Shown piece after piece: positions 1 to 12,175 of a stretch of 64,000 bases of DNA. The number at the start of each line of letters is the position of its first letter. Positions within the stretch are counted from its first letter, which is position 1. A program made the position numbers and the translations under genes. The stretch comes from Octopus vulgaris (taxonomy: Eukaryota): contig OX597838.1 of NCBI GenBank assembly GCA_951406725.2, positions 43,958,001 through 44,022,000 on the forward strand, in the 5' to 3' direction. The notes under the pieces are model-generated. The model made no database searches. It had not been told where the DNA came from and saw only the letters and a program-made list of their open reading frames with translations.

Positions 1-31
<31 letters not shown>

Positions 32-36
<5 letters not shown>

Positions 37-100
37 TCAGTTCCTGGAATCGAACTCGGAATCTTGGGGTTAGTAGCCCGCGCTCTTAACCACTACTCCA
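32..100 (-). mobile_element. tRNA-derived head of the PLE-associated tRNA-(TAA)n-hammerhead module (5'-truncated; continues off the window edge as (TAA)n)
   Basis: Reverse complement reads TGGAGTAGTGGTTAAGAGCGCGGGCTACTAACCCCAAGATTCCGAGTTCGATTCCAGGAACTGACCTGAA, then (TAA)n. It is near-identical to 24672-24741 and 50063-50131, with A-box and B-box-like motifs. Confidence 0.8.
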
Positions 101-416
101 CAACAACAATAACAACAACAACAACAATAATAATAATAACAATAATAACAACAACAACAAAGGCGTTGCTCCACCATGGCCGCAGTCAAAGGACTGAAAC
201 AAGTAAAAGATTAGAAGAGATATGCTTTGTCAGCGCTTTTCCGTGTGCGTAGCCTCGTCAAGTTTTGTTGTTCAAATTCCAGTCTGGAGAGCGGATAAGA
301 ATTTAGGCACTCATCAACTTGCGTAAACTCGCTTGTGGTTCGTTCATTAAATTTCATTTGTTATTCGAATTTAAAACTCTTTAGAACTGTTCGTTATTCA
401 ATTTGTGTGTTTAGAC

Positions 417-673
417 CAGTGGCTCCCAAACTCTTTCGGGCTGCTTCCCCTTTGACACCCGGGTCACATTCCAAACGCCCTCACCCCGACTAACCATTAA
501 AAACATAGAGGTCTTTCTGAAGCAAATTCAGAGCAACTCTATTTTACAAATAAAGCATTATTTTCTTGTTTTTACATAAATCGCTACCCCATCATTGCCC
601 CACTTTTCTTCAACGCCCCTTGGAACGTTCTACCACTCCCAGGGAGCAATACTGCCCCATTTGGAAACCACTG
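417..673. mobile_element. hAT (Charlie/Buster-type) MITE
   Basis: TIRs CAGTGGCTCCCAAA / TTTGGAAACCACTG. 8-bp TSD GTTTAGAC (409-416) / GTTTAGGC (674-681) with a central TA. Confidence 0.8.
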
Positions 674-1273
674 GTTTAGGCTCTAAACTTTTGAGAACCG
701 TTTGTACATTGGTAGCGTACTGTGTAATTAATCGATTAATTAGCAACACCATTTGAATCACGGTCTCTTCAGTAGACCTCATAATGCCTAGAATACAGAA
801 AAGTTCAGAAATCTGAAAAAGAATCCATATATAAATGCGTCGACCGATATTGCCGTAGCGCACACCTTTAGTATTTTTCCTCAGGGACTGCATTGTTCCT
901 TTTTCCTGACAAAATGGACGAAAAAAGTAAAGGAGAAACAAGCCCTCATGCATCTTCTAAATGTGAATCCGGTTTCGTTTCACTGGCATGGAACTAATAT
1001 GATTCCAATTCCTTAAACGAAACTCAAGCTGTCAGAAAAACAAAACAAAAAAAACATTTGATTGTCTTTAAATTAATGACAAGAAAAGAATGTCTGGGGG
1101 AGACAATTAAGCAACAATATGCGTTAATAAAGAAATATTTCTGAAGCAAGTTCTAGATTGCATTGTAATTTCACGATAAACTTTTATATATTTCGCTCGG
1201 GGAATACCTTGACACACATACACTCACCCATTTATTCCTCTTGTATTTGCATGTGTGTGTATGTGTCTTTATT

Positions 1274-1309
<36 letters not shown>

Positions 1310-1442
1310 TGTATATATGTTTATGCATGGGTATATACATTATACGTGTATTTTAATATGCATATCTTGATGCATATATTTGTGTATGTGTATATCTTAT
1401 AGATACAAACGTATAAATATACATGTATATGTATGTATATAT

Positions 1443-1508
<66 letters not shown>

Positions 1509-2002
1509 GTATGTATATACATATGGAGAGAGAGAGAGAGAGAGAGAGATAAAGGGAGAAAGTGTGACAGAGTGAGTACTTATAGAGTAAGAAAGTAAGC
1601 GTAAAAAGAATAAAGATAGAAAGAAGAATATAACATAGTAGAAAGAAAATGCTTACCCCCCCCCCCCCAACATTATTCCGAAAATACTAAAACTGGGGAT
1701 GACGAAAAACACTTCTATTAAGGAATTGTTCTGTTTGAACAGAAGGTAAAAAAAAATCATGGGAAGGGAAGACAATGAACGATTGATTGTTGAATATTAT
1801 TGATATAGGATCAGGCTGTGAAGTAAAGAAATTCGTTGCGAACGTACGCGGTTTCGGATTCCTTCTTAATGTGCGGTATGCCTTTCGGGGTTTTTGCTGT
1901 AGCCCTGCAACAACAAATTTCTCGTGGGGAAAGTTTGTTGGTTGATGGAAACTTTGAGGAGATCAATCGAAGACAAATACACCCCACATACGCATGCACA
2001 CA

Positions 2003-2225
2003 TATAGGAGTGTCTGCTGAAAGGTTCCTAGATTTGGGTAAAAGGAAGCGCTAGAGAATCAGTTAATTCCTCTCTCTTCAGTATATTCCTCTCTCAGATT
2101 CACGCACTTGTTGCAGCAATTCTTCAGTTTTTCTAAGGTCTGTAAGAGAAATTGGAAGTTTGGGCCTCCAGCCAAGACTTTTGCGACACCCTTCAAGTCA
2201 GTAACTGTTCAGCATACCCTCATAC
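2003..2225. mobile_element. Degenerate mariner-derived MITE
   Basis: Ends GCTGAAAGGTTCCT / AGTAACTGTTCAGC...CCTCATA. Same family as 40711-40921. Confidence 0.5.
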
Positions 2226-2414
2226 ACCTGCGTATGCGTGTATGTATTTTTGTGTGTGTCACTGATTTTTGAAATTTGGCATCAGCGTTTGAGAACGAGT
2301 GGCAGTTTGCAAAGCGAACCGCCGAAAACTTCACTGATATATTTCCACTGTAAGTATTAGTGTCGATGAGATCAATTAAACCCTTCAAGGAGATGCCACA
2401 GCATATACATAATG

Positions 2415-2570
2415 GTTTTAAATTTTTGTCGCAAGGGCAGCTTGGGGGAGGGGATTAAATCGATTACATCAACCCCAGTGCGTAACTGGTTCTTACTTAA
2501 TCGACTCCGACAAGATGAAAGCAAAGTCGACCTCGGTGAAATTTGAACTCAGTTAAGTGTTTCGTCTGGC
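2415..2570 (-). mobile_element. SINE fragment (family B)
   Basis: Shares AAAGTCGACCTCGG..ATTTGAACTCAG and CCCCAGTGCGTAACTGGT with many copies, e.g. 18880-19430 and 55070-55280. Confidence 0.7.
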
Positions 2571-2667
2571 GATGTACTTGCATAGCAAGTAACTTCACCC
2601 GAGATGTTTAATAGCCAATTATGAACACACAAAAAACCATTAGATTCACTTCAACATTTAAATTTAA

Positions 2668-2720
2668 TTTGTTTCAAAATATTTTCGTCGCTTTGAAACC
2701 GCGACCTGTTCACTAACAAA
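2668..2720 (-). ncRNA. Type-I minimal hammerhead ribozyme motif, G3-C8 variant
   Basis: Minus strand: TTTGTTA GTGAACA G GTCGC-GGTTTCAAA-GCGAC GAAA ATAT TT TGAAACAAA. Helix III is the palindrome AAAATATTTT. A second copy is at 24012-24062. Confidence 0.6.
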
Positions 2721-2989
2721 ACTTCGTGCTGCAGCACAAATTTGTTGTTGCAGGGCTACAGCAAAAACCCCGAAAGGCATACCGCACATTAAGAAGGAAT
2801 CCGAAACCGCGTCCGTTCGCAACGAATTTCTTTACTTCACAACCTGATCCTATATCAATAATATTCAACTATCAATTGTTCGTTGTCTTCCCTTTATATG
2901 GTTTTATTTACCTTCTATTTATTCGTTTTAATCTTTTTACGCTTACTTTCCTACTATACGTACTCACTCTGTCACACTTTCTCCCTTTA

Positions 2990-3079
<90 letters not shown>

Positions 3080-3246
3080 CGCTTGTATGTATAAGATACA
3101 CACATACATACGTATATATGTGTGTGTGTATGTATGTATATACACATATATATATACATACATACACAAACATATGCATCAAGATATACATATTAAAATA
3201 GACGTATAATCTATATACCCACACTAAAAAAACACATACATATACG

Positions 3247-3318
<72 letters not shown>

Positions 3319-4638
3319 AATTAAAATCTAAATGTTGAATTGAACCTGTGTGGATTCTTAAATGGCTTATAAACATCTTCCACGCTGCTATTGAATATCT
3401 ATCTATCTATCTATAATGATATGCAAATGTAAGATCCAAGGATAGTTAATAAGCTTCGAGCAGTCCGTAGTAGGTATAAAAACAACTTTCAGGAGTAATA
3501 ATAATTTATTGCCATAGAAGGTTGTGGGTTTTCCCATATCGAAATTCGATAAGGTGAAAAAAGTTTTTTTTTTTAAATGTTTATAGTTCACCGTTAGCAA
3601 CTAGGGTTGTTATGGATGCGAATAAAAATCCAAATTGAGGGAATGGAGCAGGTAAAATGCAGGTTGCATATGTGTCCTTGCGATCAAAACCTCGGATGTA
3701 ATAATTATTCAACGAGGAGTTCTCCACTCGCTGGTTATCCAGCTGAAGATAGCTTAGTTAAATGGAGGCTACATTGTCAAGTGATCCCAAGTCAACTCGC
3801 AGGAGATTTTATATATATTCTGCACATGTGTGTATGTACATATGTATGTATACATGTATGTATGTATGTCCCTGAATTAGTAGTTCGACAAAAGGGGCCG
3901 ATGAAGTAAGAATCATATTTAGAAAAGAAATACTAGGGTCAATTTGTTAGACTAAACCCTTGAAGAGTGTGCGCCAGACAATGTCTGAAACAAAGAAAAG
4001 ATAAAAGAACTAAGTTAGAGATTGAGAACAAACAGCGAGTACAGGTCTGTGACTTGGTGCTGGTTACAAAAGAAATATCTATGGCAGTCGTGACCCCAGT
4101 GTAACGCTGGAGGCTTTTCGGCATTTATGTCTGGTCGAGTGAGTGTTAAATAGATAAAAACGCATTAGTTTATGAAGAAACAAAACAATATTAATAAAGT
4201 TCAATTAGGATAAATATTAGATTTTAGTTTCAGAAGTGAATCAATAGAAGTAACAAACAATTACATCTAACAAGTTTTAATGTTCCCATTAGACTTATTG
4301 TACAGTGTTTTCTTATTCAATTGGGAGTCTGAAACTCTGAATTTGACAAACGACATCATTAGCCATATTTGAATCAAATATCAACATTAAAAGCTAAGTA
4401 CAGTGCTATGTACGTATAAATGATAATTTTATTGAATTTAAAAACATTCATATTGGAGGGTACTGCTCTAAAAAGTCTATTTGATTGATTGGACTAATTT
4501 GATTGACACAAATTTCATTGTAATTTAAAGAAGCTATTGTCGTATCGCGCTAGCGTAAAGAAATGAACGGTGCATATTTTGAAATAAAATAATATTTGAG
4601 TCCCTTAGCTTTCGATTTCATTGTGTGGAAGTAAATGG

Positions 4639-5075
4639 GGATCTTTTCGGTTTGAACGGCAGTTTTCTAAAAATAATTTCCACGTAACTAAACACTTTTA
4701 AACTTCGTATACTGGTAGAATGTGTTTATAAAACATCTTTTTCTCTTGGCTTTATTGAGAAAATTCTATGGTTTGTAAGATATTTGTTGTTTTTTTCCTT
4801 CAATTTCTGCAATTTCAACCAATCAATGACGTCCATTGAGGTGAAAACATTCTGTGCCGTATGAATATTCCCTCGTTTAAGAAACAGATTGAGTTTATTT
4901 ACATTTCTGAAGAAACAAATACCCTTCCCCCAACCCCCAACCCTAACCCTAACCCTAATTAACCCTAACCCTAAAACAGATTGAAATGCAATAGATCGAT
5001 ACTAGGGTCATAATCATGGGTGACAATTTCATATGACACCGCTAGAAAAAACTGCCGTTCAAACGGAAAAGATCG
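4639..5075. mobile_element. Merlin-like MITE with internal telomere-type (CCCTAA)n repeats
   Basis: TIRs GGATCTTTTCGGTTTGAACGGCAGTTTT / AAAACTGCCGTTCAAACGGAAAAGATCG. Perfect 8-bp TSD GTAAATGG (4631-4638, 5076-5083). About five CCCTAA units at 4939-4974. Confidence 0.8.
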
Positions 5076-5623
5076 GTAAATGGCAATATGTAACTTCCTT
5101 GTTCACGCTTAAATACGTTTATACTCGAACGGAAGTTTTCTCCGCTTTGCATGACTTTGGTCAAGACAAATGAGGGAAAGTCCGTCTTGCCAATGTGTGG
5201 CAGCTTCTACTCATTCGCCTAGCCTACTAGAAATAGCAACCACATCACTCATATATAACATTACACACTACAAGAACGCCACCAGATAGCGTAGTATGTA
5301 TGTATGTATACATGCATGTAATTGTGTGCGTGTGTGTGTAACTATATATGTATGAATACATGTGTGTATGCTTGTATGTATGTATGTATGTATGTATGTA
5401 TGTATGTATGTATGTATGTATGTATATATGAATGTATGCAACTATGTATGTATGCGTGTATGTGTGTATGTATGTACGCATGTATGTTTATATACTCACA
5501 TATATATATATGTATGTATGTACATATATTTATAAACATACATAGATGCGGTAAGGCTTCATTTCCACACACGCCAGCTGAATTCAATTCGTCCCCAGTC
5601 GAAAGACACCTTTTGTTATGTCC

Positions 5624-5660
<37 letters not shown>

Positions 5661-5689
5661 TTAATTGTATTTTTGTATTTATATTCGTG

Positions 5690-5970
5690 TAACATCGACT
5701 GTTTTTCTGTACTTGTTCTCGTATACATTCGATGCTTTTTTCGAAGGAATTTAATGCTCTTAGCTTAGTTTTTCCTTGGGGCTGGCCAGATTGGAGCAAC
5801 CTCAAGATTAATCAGCCGAAATTGCGACGAAGATCCGGTTCTTGACTGAAGATAAAAGGCTTCGAATGACCCGTCCTTGTTTTCTTTGTATCGTCTATCT
5901 GGATGTTTTGTTGTCCCTTTTTGTATCACCTAGTTGTCCGGATGTTTTGCGTTCTTGTCCCATTTTGTAT
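5690..5970 (+). repeat. Dispersed non-coding repeat, probably a PLE terminal-repeat fragment
   Basis: 5808-5970 matches 20020-20145 (TTAATCAGCCGAAATTGCGA..GATCCGGTT..CTGAAGAT..GGCTTCGAATGACCCGTCC). Both copies are bounded by microsatellites. Confidence 0.55.
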
Positions 5971-6653
5971 TTATATATATATATATATATATATATACAT
6001 ACACTTTAGCGTATATATATATCATTGTGTCTGGGGAGTGTCATTCTGTTTCAATGCCTTATTGATTAACACATGCACCGGTTCGATTTCCACTCATTTA
6101 CTTATTTATATTTTCGAATTTTTTTTTGCTTCTTGCAGCCTCTTCAATAGTCGTAGGTCAACCAACACATTGAAATTTAATTATCTTTTGGAAAATTATT
6201 CCTTGATGAAATACCTAATTAACCAGTTTCAACATGGAAATTCTAATTAAATTAAATTAATTTAATTTAATTTAGTTTCTGTAATTGAACTAAATTGATA
6301 TGGAACGGCTGTGTGACGGAAATTTCAATATATGGAGTTGAATATTTAAAAATAAACTGATGTATGCATGTCAATTTCTCCATTTTTTGTTTTTTCTCAT
6401 TCATATATATATATATATATAAAATAAATGAATGAAAAAGATGCACTTTTATAAAAAGTATATGTCTAAATTACCAAGTGCAGATATCTCCACTTAGCTT
6501 GGTTGCGTTGTCTATACAGACAGTGGTAATATCAGGTACAAACACTCCTACACGGAGTCTTGATAGTCAATATTTCAGTTAATATTATTTGAGAGTGTGG
6601 ATTACACCGACCTAACAAGGTGTCTCGATTTAAGTACCAAATTCAACGGAATC

Positions 6654-6715
<62 letters not shown>

Positions 6716-6717
<2 letters not shown>

Positions 6718-6848
6718 CAACAAGAATAACGCCGGTACGATCGTTTCGCACTACATCATTTTATCAAATATTGAAAGTAATACTTACAACATTTAATAAA
6801 ATAATGTAGTGCGAAACGTACCAAATTCCCGGAGTTATTCTTGTTGCT
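6716..6848. repeat. Fold-back hairpin containing the 3' half of a hammerhead motif
   Basis: Outer arms AGCAACAAGAATAAC / GTTATTCTTGTTGCT; inner arms 6741-6773 / 6787-6818. The minus strand of the left arm reads GC-GAAA-CGATCG-TA. Confidence 0.7.
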
Positions 6849-7061
6849 TATTTTGATTATAATCACCCCATGGATTTCTATGGATAACACCGTACGGAAT
6901 TCTGGTGCATCTAACTTAAGTACCATATTCATTTGAATCTAAATTTTACTGAACTTATATATATATATATTCACCATGTGCTACTCCTAACACCAGTCGT
7001 TTTTTTCTCTATCTCCGTTGCCCGCTCCGGGATCTTTCTTTCCTCTCTCTTCCTTCTTTAT

Positions 7062-7096
7062 GTTTCCGACGAAGAGCTCCGCTCGAAACGTCATAC
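7062..7096 (+). ncRNA. Minimal type-I hammerhead motif, U4C variant
   Basis: GTTT CCGACGA A GAGC-TCC-GCTC GAAA CG TC ATAC. Helix I pairs at 3 of 4 positions. Confidence 0.6.
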
Positions 7097-7211
7097 CTCC
7101 CTGCTTCCATTTCCTGAGCGCCTATTAATAATAATACTGTAATTGTTCCATTGTTGTTGTTTTTTTGTTTCCCGTTTGGATTAAAATTATATATATATAT
7201 ATGTATATACA

Positions 7212-7265
<54 letters not shown>

Positions 7266-7366
7266 TATATACATATATATATATATACATATATATATAC
7301 ATATATATATACATATACATATATATATACACACATATATATATATATACATATACATATGTATAT

Positions 7367-7419
<53 letters not shown>

Positions 7420-7446
7420 CACACACACATATATATATACACACAC

Positions 7447-7477
<31 letters not shown>

Positions 7478-7534
7478 CATACATATATATATATATACAT
7501 ACATATGTATATATATATGTATACATATATATAT

Positions 7535-7868
7535 GTCTCAGTGGTTAGAGCGTCGAGCTTACGATCGTGAGGTTGTGAGATCGAATCCCGGACCGGGCTG
7601 CGTGTTGTGTTCTTGAGCAAGGCACTTTATTTCACGTTGCTCTAGTTCACTCAGCTGTAGAAATGAGTTGCGACGTCACTGGTACCAAGCTGTATCGACC
7701 TTTGCCTTTCCCTTGGATAACACTGGTGGCGTGGAGAGGGGAGGCTGGTATGCATGGGCGACTGCTGGTCTTCCATAAACAACCTTGCCCGGACTTGTGT
7801 CTTGGAGGGTAACTTTCTAGGTGCAATCCCATGGTCATTCATGACCGAAGGGGGTCTTTACCCTTTAC
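7535..7868 (+). mobile_element. tRNA-derived SINE (family C)
   Basis: A-box-like TCTCAGTGGTTAG, B-box-like GAGATCGAATCCC, core TTGAGCAAGGCACTT and a CTTTAC-type tail. Confidence 0.75.
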
Positions 7869-7896
7869 ATACATATATACATATATATATATACAC

Positions 7897-7927
<31 letters not shown>

Positions 7928-7928
7928 C

Positions 7929-7959
<31 letters not shown>

Positions 7960-8018
7960 CATATATATATACATATATATATACACACATATATATATAT
8001 ACATATACATATATATAT

Positions 8019-8073
<55 letters not shown>

Positions 8074-8176
8074 TATATATATACACACACACATATATAT
8101 ATATATATATACATACATATATATATATATATATACATATATATATACATACATATATATACATATATATATATAC

Positions 8177-8223
<47 letters not shown>

Positions 8224-8230
8224 CCTATAT

Positions 8231-8840
8231 ATTATATAATTAGGGCTTAGTAAAATAAATTACTTTGCCACATACTGAACTTAGTAGAAATAGCAGCCAA
8301 AAAAAATTTTATTAGCATTTCTACTAAAATATAATGTTTGCTAGATAGACCACGTGGGTGGAATGGGGAGTGCAGAATTTTACGCCTGCGCATTTTGAAT
8401 TTGTTGACACTGTTAGTTGGAGTGGTTCATCTGAAGCGACAAGTCGCTGATAGGTAAAGTTCCTTCTTTTAGTGTTTCCAAATCCAAATTAAGAAATTTT
8501 GAGCTGACGAAAGAAATGCTGATTTTATTTGGCTAATCTTGAAACGTTGACGTACTCAAACGACCTATGTACTTGTGATATTTTTCTGTATTTACCCCCA
8601 AACCATCGTGAGCTGTCTAGAGTAAACATTATCTGAGAGAAATTTTCTTTAAGTAGTAGAAATGCTAAGAAAATTTTTTTTGGCTGCTATTTCTACTAAG
8701 TTCAGTATGTGGCAAAGTAATTTATTTTACTAAGCCCTAATTATATAATGTAATATTTTGAATTCGCCTTAAATGGTCCTTTTACATACTGAACACTTGG
8801 TGAAATTGATTAATTAATTAATTTTACCCTCAATTGTTGA
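8231..8840 (+). mobile_element. Non-coding PLE-type terminal-repeat insertion with a 96-bp inverted duplication and an internal hammerhead
   Basis: Arms 8231-8326 and 8654-8749 are reverse complements with one mismatch by eye. HHR at 8498-8560. (TA)n on both flanks. Confidence 0.8.
8498..8560 (+). ncRNA. Canonical type-I hammerhead ribozyme
   Basis: Helix I TTTGAG/CTCAAA; core CTGACGA (8504-8510); helix II AAGA...TCTT; GAAA (8541-8544); helix III ACG-TTGA-CGT; GUA cleavage triplet with the cut after 8554. Confidence 0.9.
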
Positions 8841-8987
8841 TATATACCTATATATATATATATACACATATATATATACGTACATATATATACATACATA
8901 TATATATACATACATATATATATATATACATATATATATACATATATATATATATACATACATATATATATATATATATACGTACAT

Positions 8988-9074
<87 letters not shown>

Positions 9075-9180
9075 GAAATGATGTAATCAGAAGATCGGAT
9101 GGTTCATATTTATAGATATTTATTTATATATTACATTTTTTACATATATATCATATCATTCAGATCATATCATTCAGATT

Positions 9181-9218
9181 ATTAGCGCTTTCTCCCATTC
9201 TAGTGGGGTTTTCAAATC
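9181..9218 (-). ncRNA. Hammerhead-like motif, U3-A8 variant (partly decayed)
   Basis: Minus strand: GAT TTGAAAA C-CCCA-CTAGAA-TGGG-A GAAA GCGC TA AT. Palindromic AGCGCT; helix I is weak. Confidence 0.45.
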
Positions 9219-9868
9219 AAATTAATTCCTTTGTGGGGAATTTAATCATTTTATAGAGTTTCGTAGTTGTGGGGAGGAATAAGCCAGTACAAGAGGGTGA
9301 AGTTGATGAGGAGGAAGTGAGAGAGAGAACATGTGTGTATGTGTATGTGTGTGTGTATGTGTATGTGTGTGTGTGTGTGTGTTTGTATCTGAGGCTAAAG
9401 AGAAAGAGGGGAAGAGAGAGGGAAGAAGATGAAGGATTTCCTTTGGTCTGCTGGACCCCCAAGGGAGTTCTAAGAATTTTAGCTTTTTGTCTATTTTGGT
9501 ATCACTGAGTGTGTGTTGGTGGGTAGGCAGGCCATAAATTACACCTTTTATGATTTTGAGGATGGTCAAATACCATTTGGGGTCTAAGACCTCTTCTACT
9601 TTGTATGATCGTTTTGTGGAGGTGTGTGTGTGTGTCTCTGTGTGTTTGTGTGCGTGTGTGTGTGTGTCTCTGTGTGTTTGGAGAAGGGGAGAGAGACAAA
9701 AAGAGAAAAGGGAAAATAAAAATAAAAATAAAAATAAAAATAAAAATAAAAATAAGGGAGGAAATGGAGAAGAAAAAAAGTTTTTTGTGTGTTGATATTT
9801 ATACCACTGCATATATATACACAGACTTATACATAAAATATTTGAAAAAAAACTGTTATCGGTTCAAA

Positions 9869-10375
9869 ATGAACAATCAAATTACACCATCTTGGAAATT
9901 GTATATCATAGGAAAGTTAAAATTAAAGTGACAATTAAAAAGTAAAGATGGAAGTAAATTATAAAGATAATAATATAATGTATATAACAGGCAATATATA
10001 TATATATATACATACACAGATATATATAAATACACACATACAGACATATACTAAATTTTCTACTATATTAGATTGAAAATCGAACGATGCGTCTTTCAAT
10101 GTCACTATATATATTTATATACATGCTTACACATGAAATATTTAGAAAAAAACCCACCTTCTATCGAATCAAGATGAACAATCAAATTACACCATCTTGA
10201 AAATTGCATATCATAGGAAGGTTAAAATTAGAATGACAATTGGCAAGTAAAGATCAAGTAAATTACAAAAATAATATAATGTATATAACAGGTAACATAT
10301 ATATACACACACACCTATATATATATATACACACATATATTAAATGTTCTACTATATTATATTGTAAATCGAAAG
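9869..10375. repeat. Diverged direct repeat (period about 305 bp) of a dispersed non-coding repeat
   Basis: ATGAACAATCAAATT(C)ACCATCTTG...AATATAATGTATATAACAGG...TTCTACTATATTA occurs at about 9869 and 10175. Related to 17280-17340. Confidence 0.7.
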
Positions 10376-10576
10376 ATTTGTCCTTCAATGTATGTTGAGT
10401 AAAGTTTCAGCCATTTAATTTGGGGGAGAACTTAGCTATGAAATGTTTTCCATATACCTCCTGAAGGAGGTGTCGTTCTTCGGACACTTGTAGAAGGGAA
10501 AGATCTTAAATTTTTCTTCTCCACATGTAGCTAGGTGTGTGCTTAGTGGTATTTTGCGTAGTTCTTCCTACCGAAT

Positions 10577-10645
<69 letters not shown>

Positions 10646-11309
10646 CATATATATATATATATACGTACATATATATATACATACACATATATATATACAT
10701 ATATATATATATATACATACAATGCAGTAGTGTGATTGCAGCATATTTTATCTTATGTATATTTAGTCAGAAATGAGCAGAGACTAAACAACAGCAGCAA
10801 CATCAGAAGCAGAGGAAGAGAACGAAGTGGCACAGTCGTTAGAGAGACGGATACAATGGCTGGCAGTATTTCTTGGGATTCCCTTTGTTCTGGTTTCAAT
10901 TCCCACCAAGGTAATGTCTGCATTTTAACCTTAGCGGTTCAATAAAATTAAGAACTCTATAGTAGAAGTTTGACGGAATTGTTAGAATGGTGAATAAAAT
11001 CCCTTGTTGTAATCGCCTGCGTTCTCACTGCTTGGCTGCGTGCTTGGTTTTAAATTTTCAGCTGCAAACTTTGCTGCAAACCTCCTTGCCTGACCTCAGT
11101 TTTAGGAGAATTTTTTCCCTCCTGCCACTCGGTCTGAAACTCCGCCCTCTAAAAAATGAGAACAAAAATAAAAAAAGCAGATAAAGGGCTTTGTCTCATT
11201 GGTCTTCGTCTTTAAACATTCTTTTGTCCCGAGCCCAGGGGCTCATTAAGATTATTTGGATTTTCAAGACGTGCAGTTTGAGAGTACAAATTTCTTCCCA
11301 TATAACGGA

Positions 11310-11465
11310 AGGACAGACCGACCACATTGCTACTAATGTTGTTAAGCAGTAGCGGGGACACAAACACAAATACAAAGACACACACACGACTTTTGTCTAC
11401 TAAATCCACTCATAAGGCTTTGGTTGTGAAGCAAGCTTCTTACCGCACAGCCACGCCTGCGCCTT
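11310..11465 (-). mobile_element. Degenerate SINE (family A)
   Basis: Matches the reverse complement of 33051-33445 (ACCGCACAGCCACGCCTGCGCC; AAATCCACTCATAAGGCTTTGG). Confidence 0.65.
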
Positions 11466-11852
11466 TATATCTATTTTCATTTTTCTCCTCGCACAGGGTT
11501 TGAATTATTTTTTCACAGGATTTTCATTTGAGACTTGCAGGAAAATGTTAAAATCTTTAGATTTTGTTTTTTGTTGTATTACTGGGTCACTCAGATAACC
11601 GTTTGCGGACCAACGAGATCCATGAACAGGTGCTTATATTTCGAATCCCAATGCAGTTGAAGGTTTGACTTTGACTGACTAGTATTCGACCTCGAGTCCA
11701 CTTTGAGAGCGTCACCTCTCCAGCCAGGTTTCATCATTCCTTTTCAGTTATATACAATGGAAAATATACTGCTAGCAATTTTGTTCGACGCACTAACGAT
11801 CCTGCAAGTGTGCTAGCTCACCGCTTTTTATAATGAAAAAGAAAATAGTGAA

Positions 11853-12175
11853 GGCGCGTAGTTTAGTGGTTGTGGTATTCGGCTCACGACCTTACGATCG
11901 TGAGTTCAATACCCGGCAGCGCGTTGTTTCCCTCAGCAAGACACTTCTTTTCCTGTTGCTCCAGTCAGCTCAGGTGGCCAAAATGAATTGTACCTGTAAT
12001 TCAAAGGGACCAGGCCTTGCCACATTCTGTGTTACGCTGAATCACTCTGTGTACTCTGTGTTAAGTGTACGCATGCCTGTGGAGTGGTCAGCCACTTGTA
12101 TATTAGGTTCCCGAGCAGGCTGTTCTGTGGACTGGATCAAGTGGAATCGTTGTGGTCGTAACCGATGGAGTGACA
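11853..12175 (+). mobile_element. tRNA-derived SINE related to family C
   Basis: GGCGCGTAGTTTAGTGGTT A-box, GAGTTCAATACCC B-box and CAGCAAGACACTT core. A related minus-strand copy lies at about 54270-54392. Confidence 0.7.

Larger units (their letters stand above)
1310..3243. repeat. Local inverted duplication: 1310-1920 vs 2738-3243
   Basis: 2738-2895 is the reverse complement of about 1765-1920. Similarity continues through unique and microsatellite sequence, with about 115 bp (the poly-C region) missing from the right arm. Confidence 0.85.

Noticed and set aside
4939-4974. True telomere or chromosome fusion site
   Set aside because: Only about five units, and they are internal to a TSD-flanked MITE.
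5770-5878. Possible double hammerhead (GGCTGG..TCAGCC-GAAA and CTGAAGA..GAAT), also at 20020-20090
   Set aside because: I could not assemble a core and helices consistently, so it is kept only as a repeat.
6110-6152. Minus-strand TTGAAGA-G-GCTGC..GC motif
   Set aside because: The GAAA half is replaced by an A run, so the fold cannot be supported.
10392-10487. Minus-strand CCGAAGA...GAAAC hammerhead-like motif
   Set aside because: The helix II base and helix III do not pair; too decayed to call.
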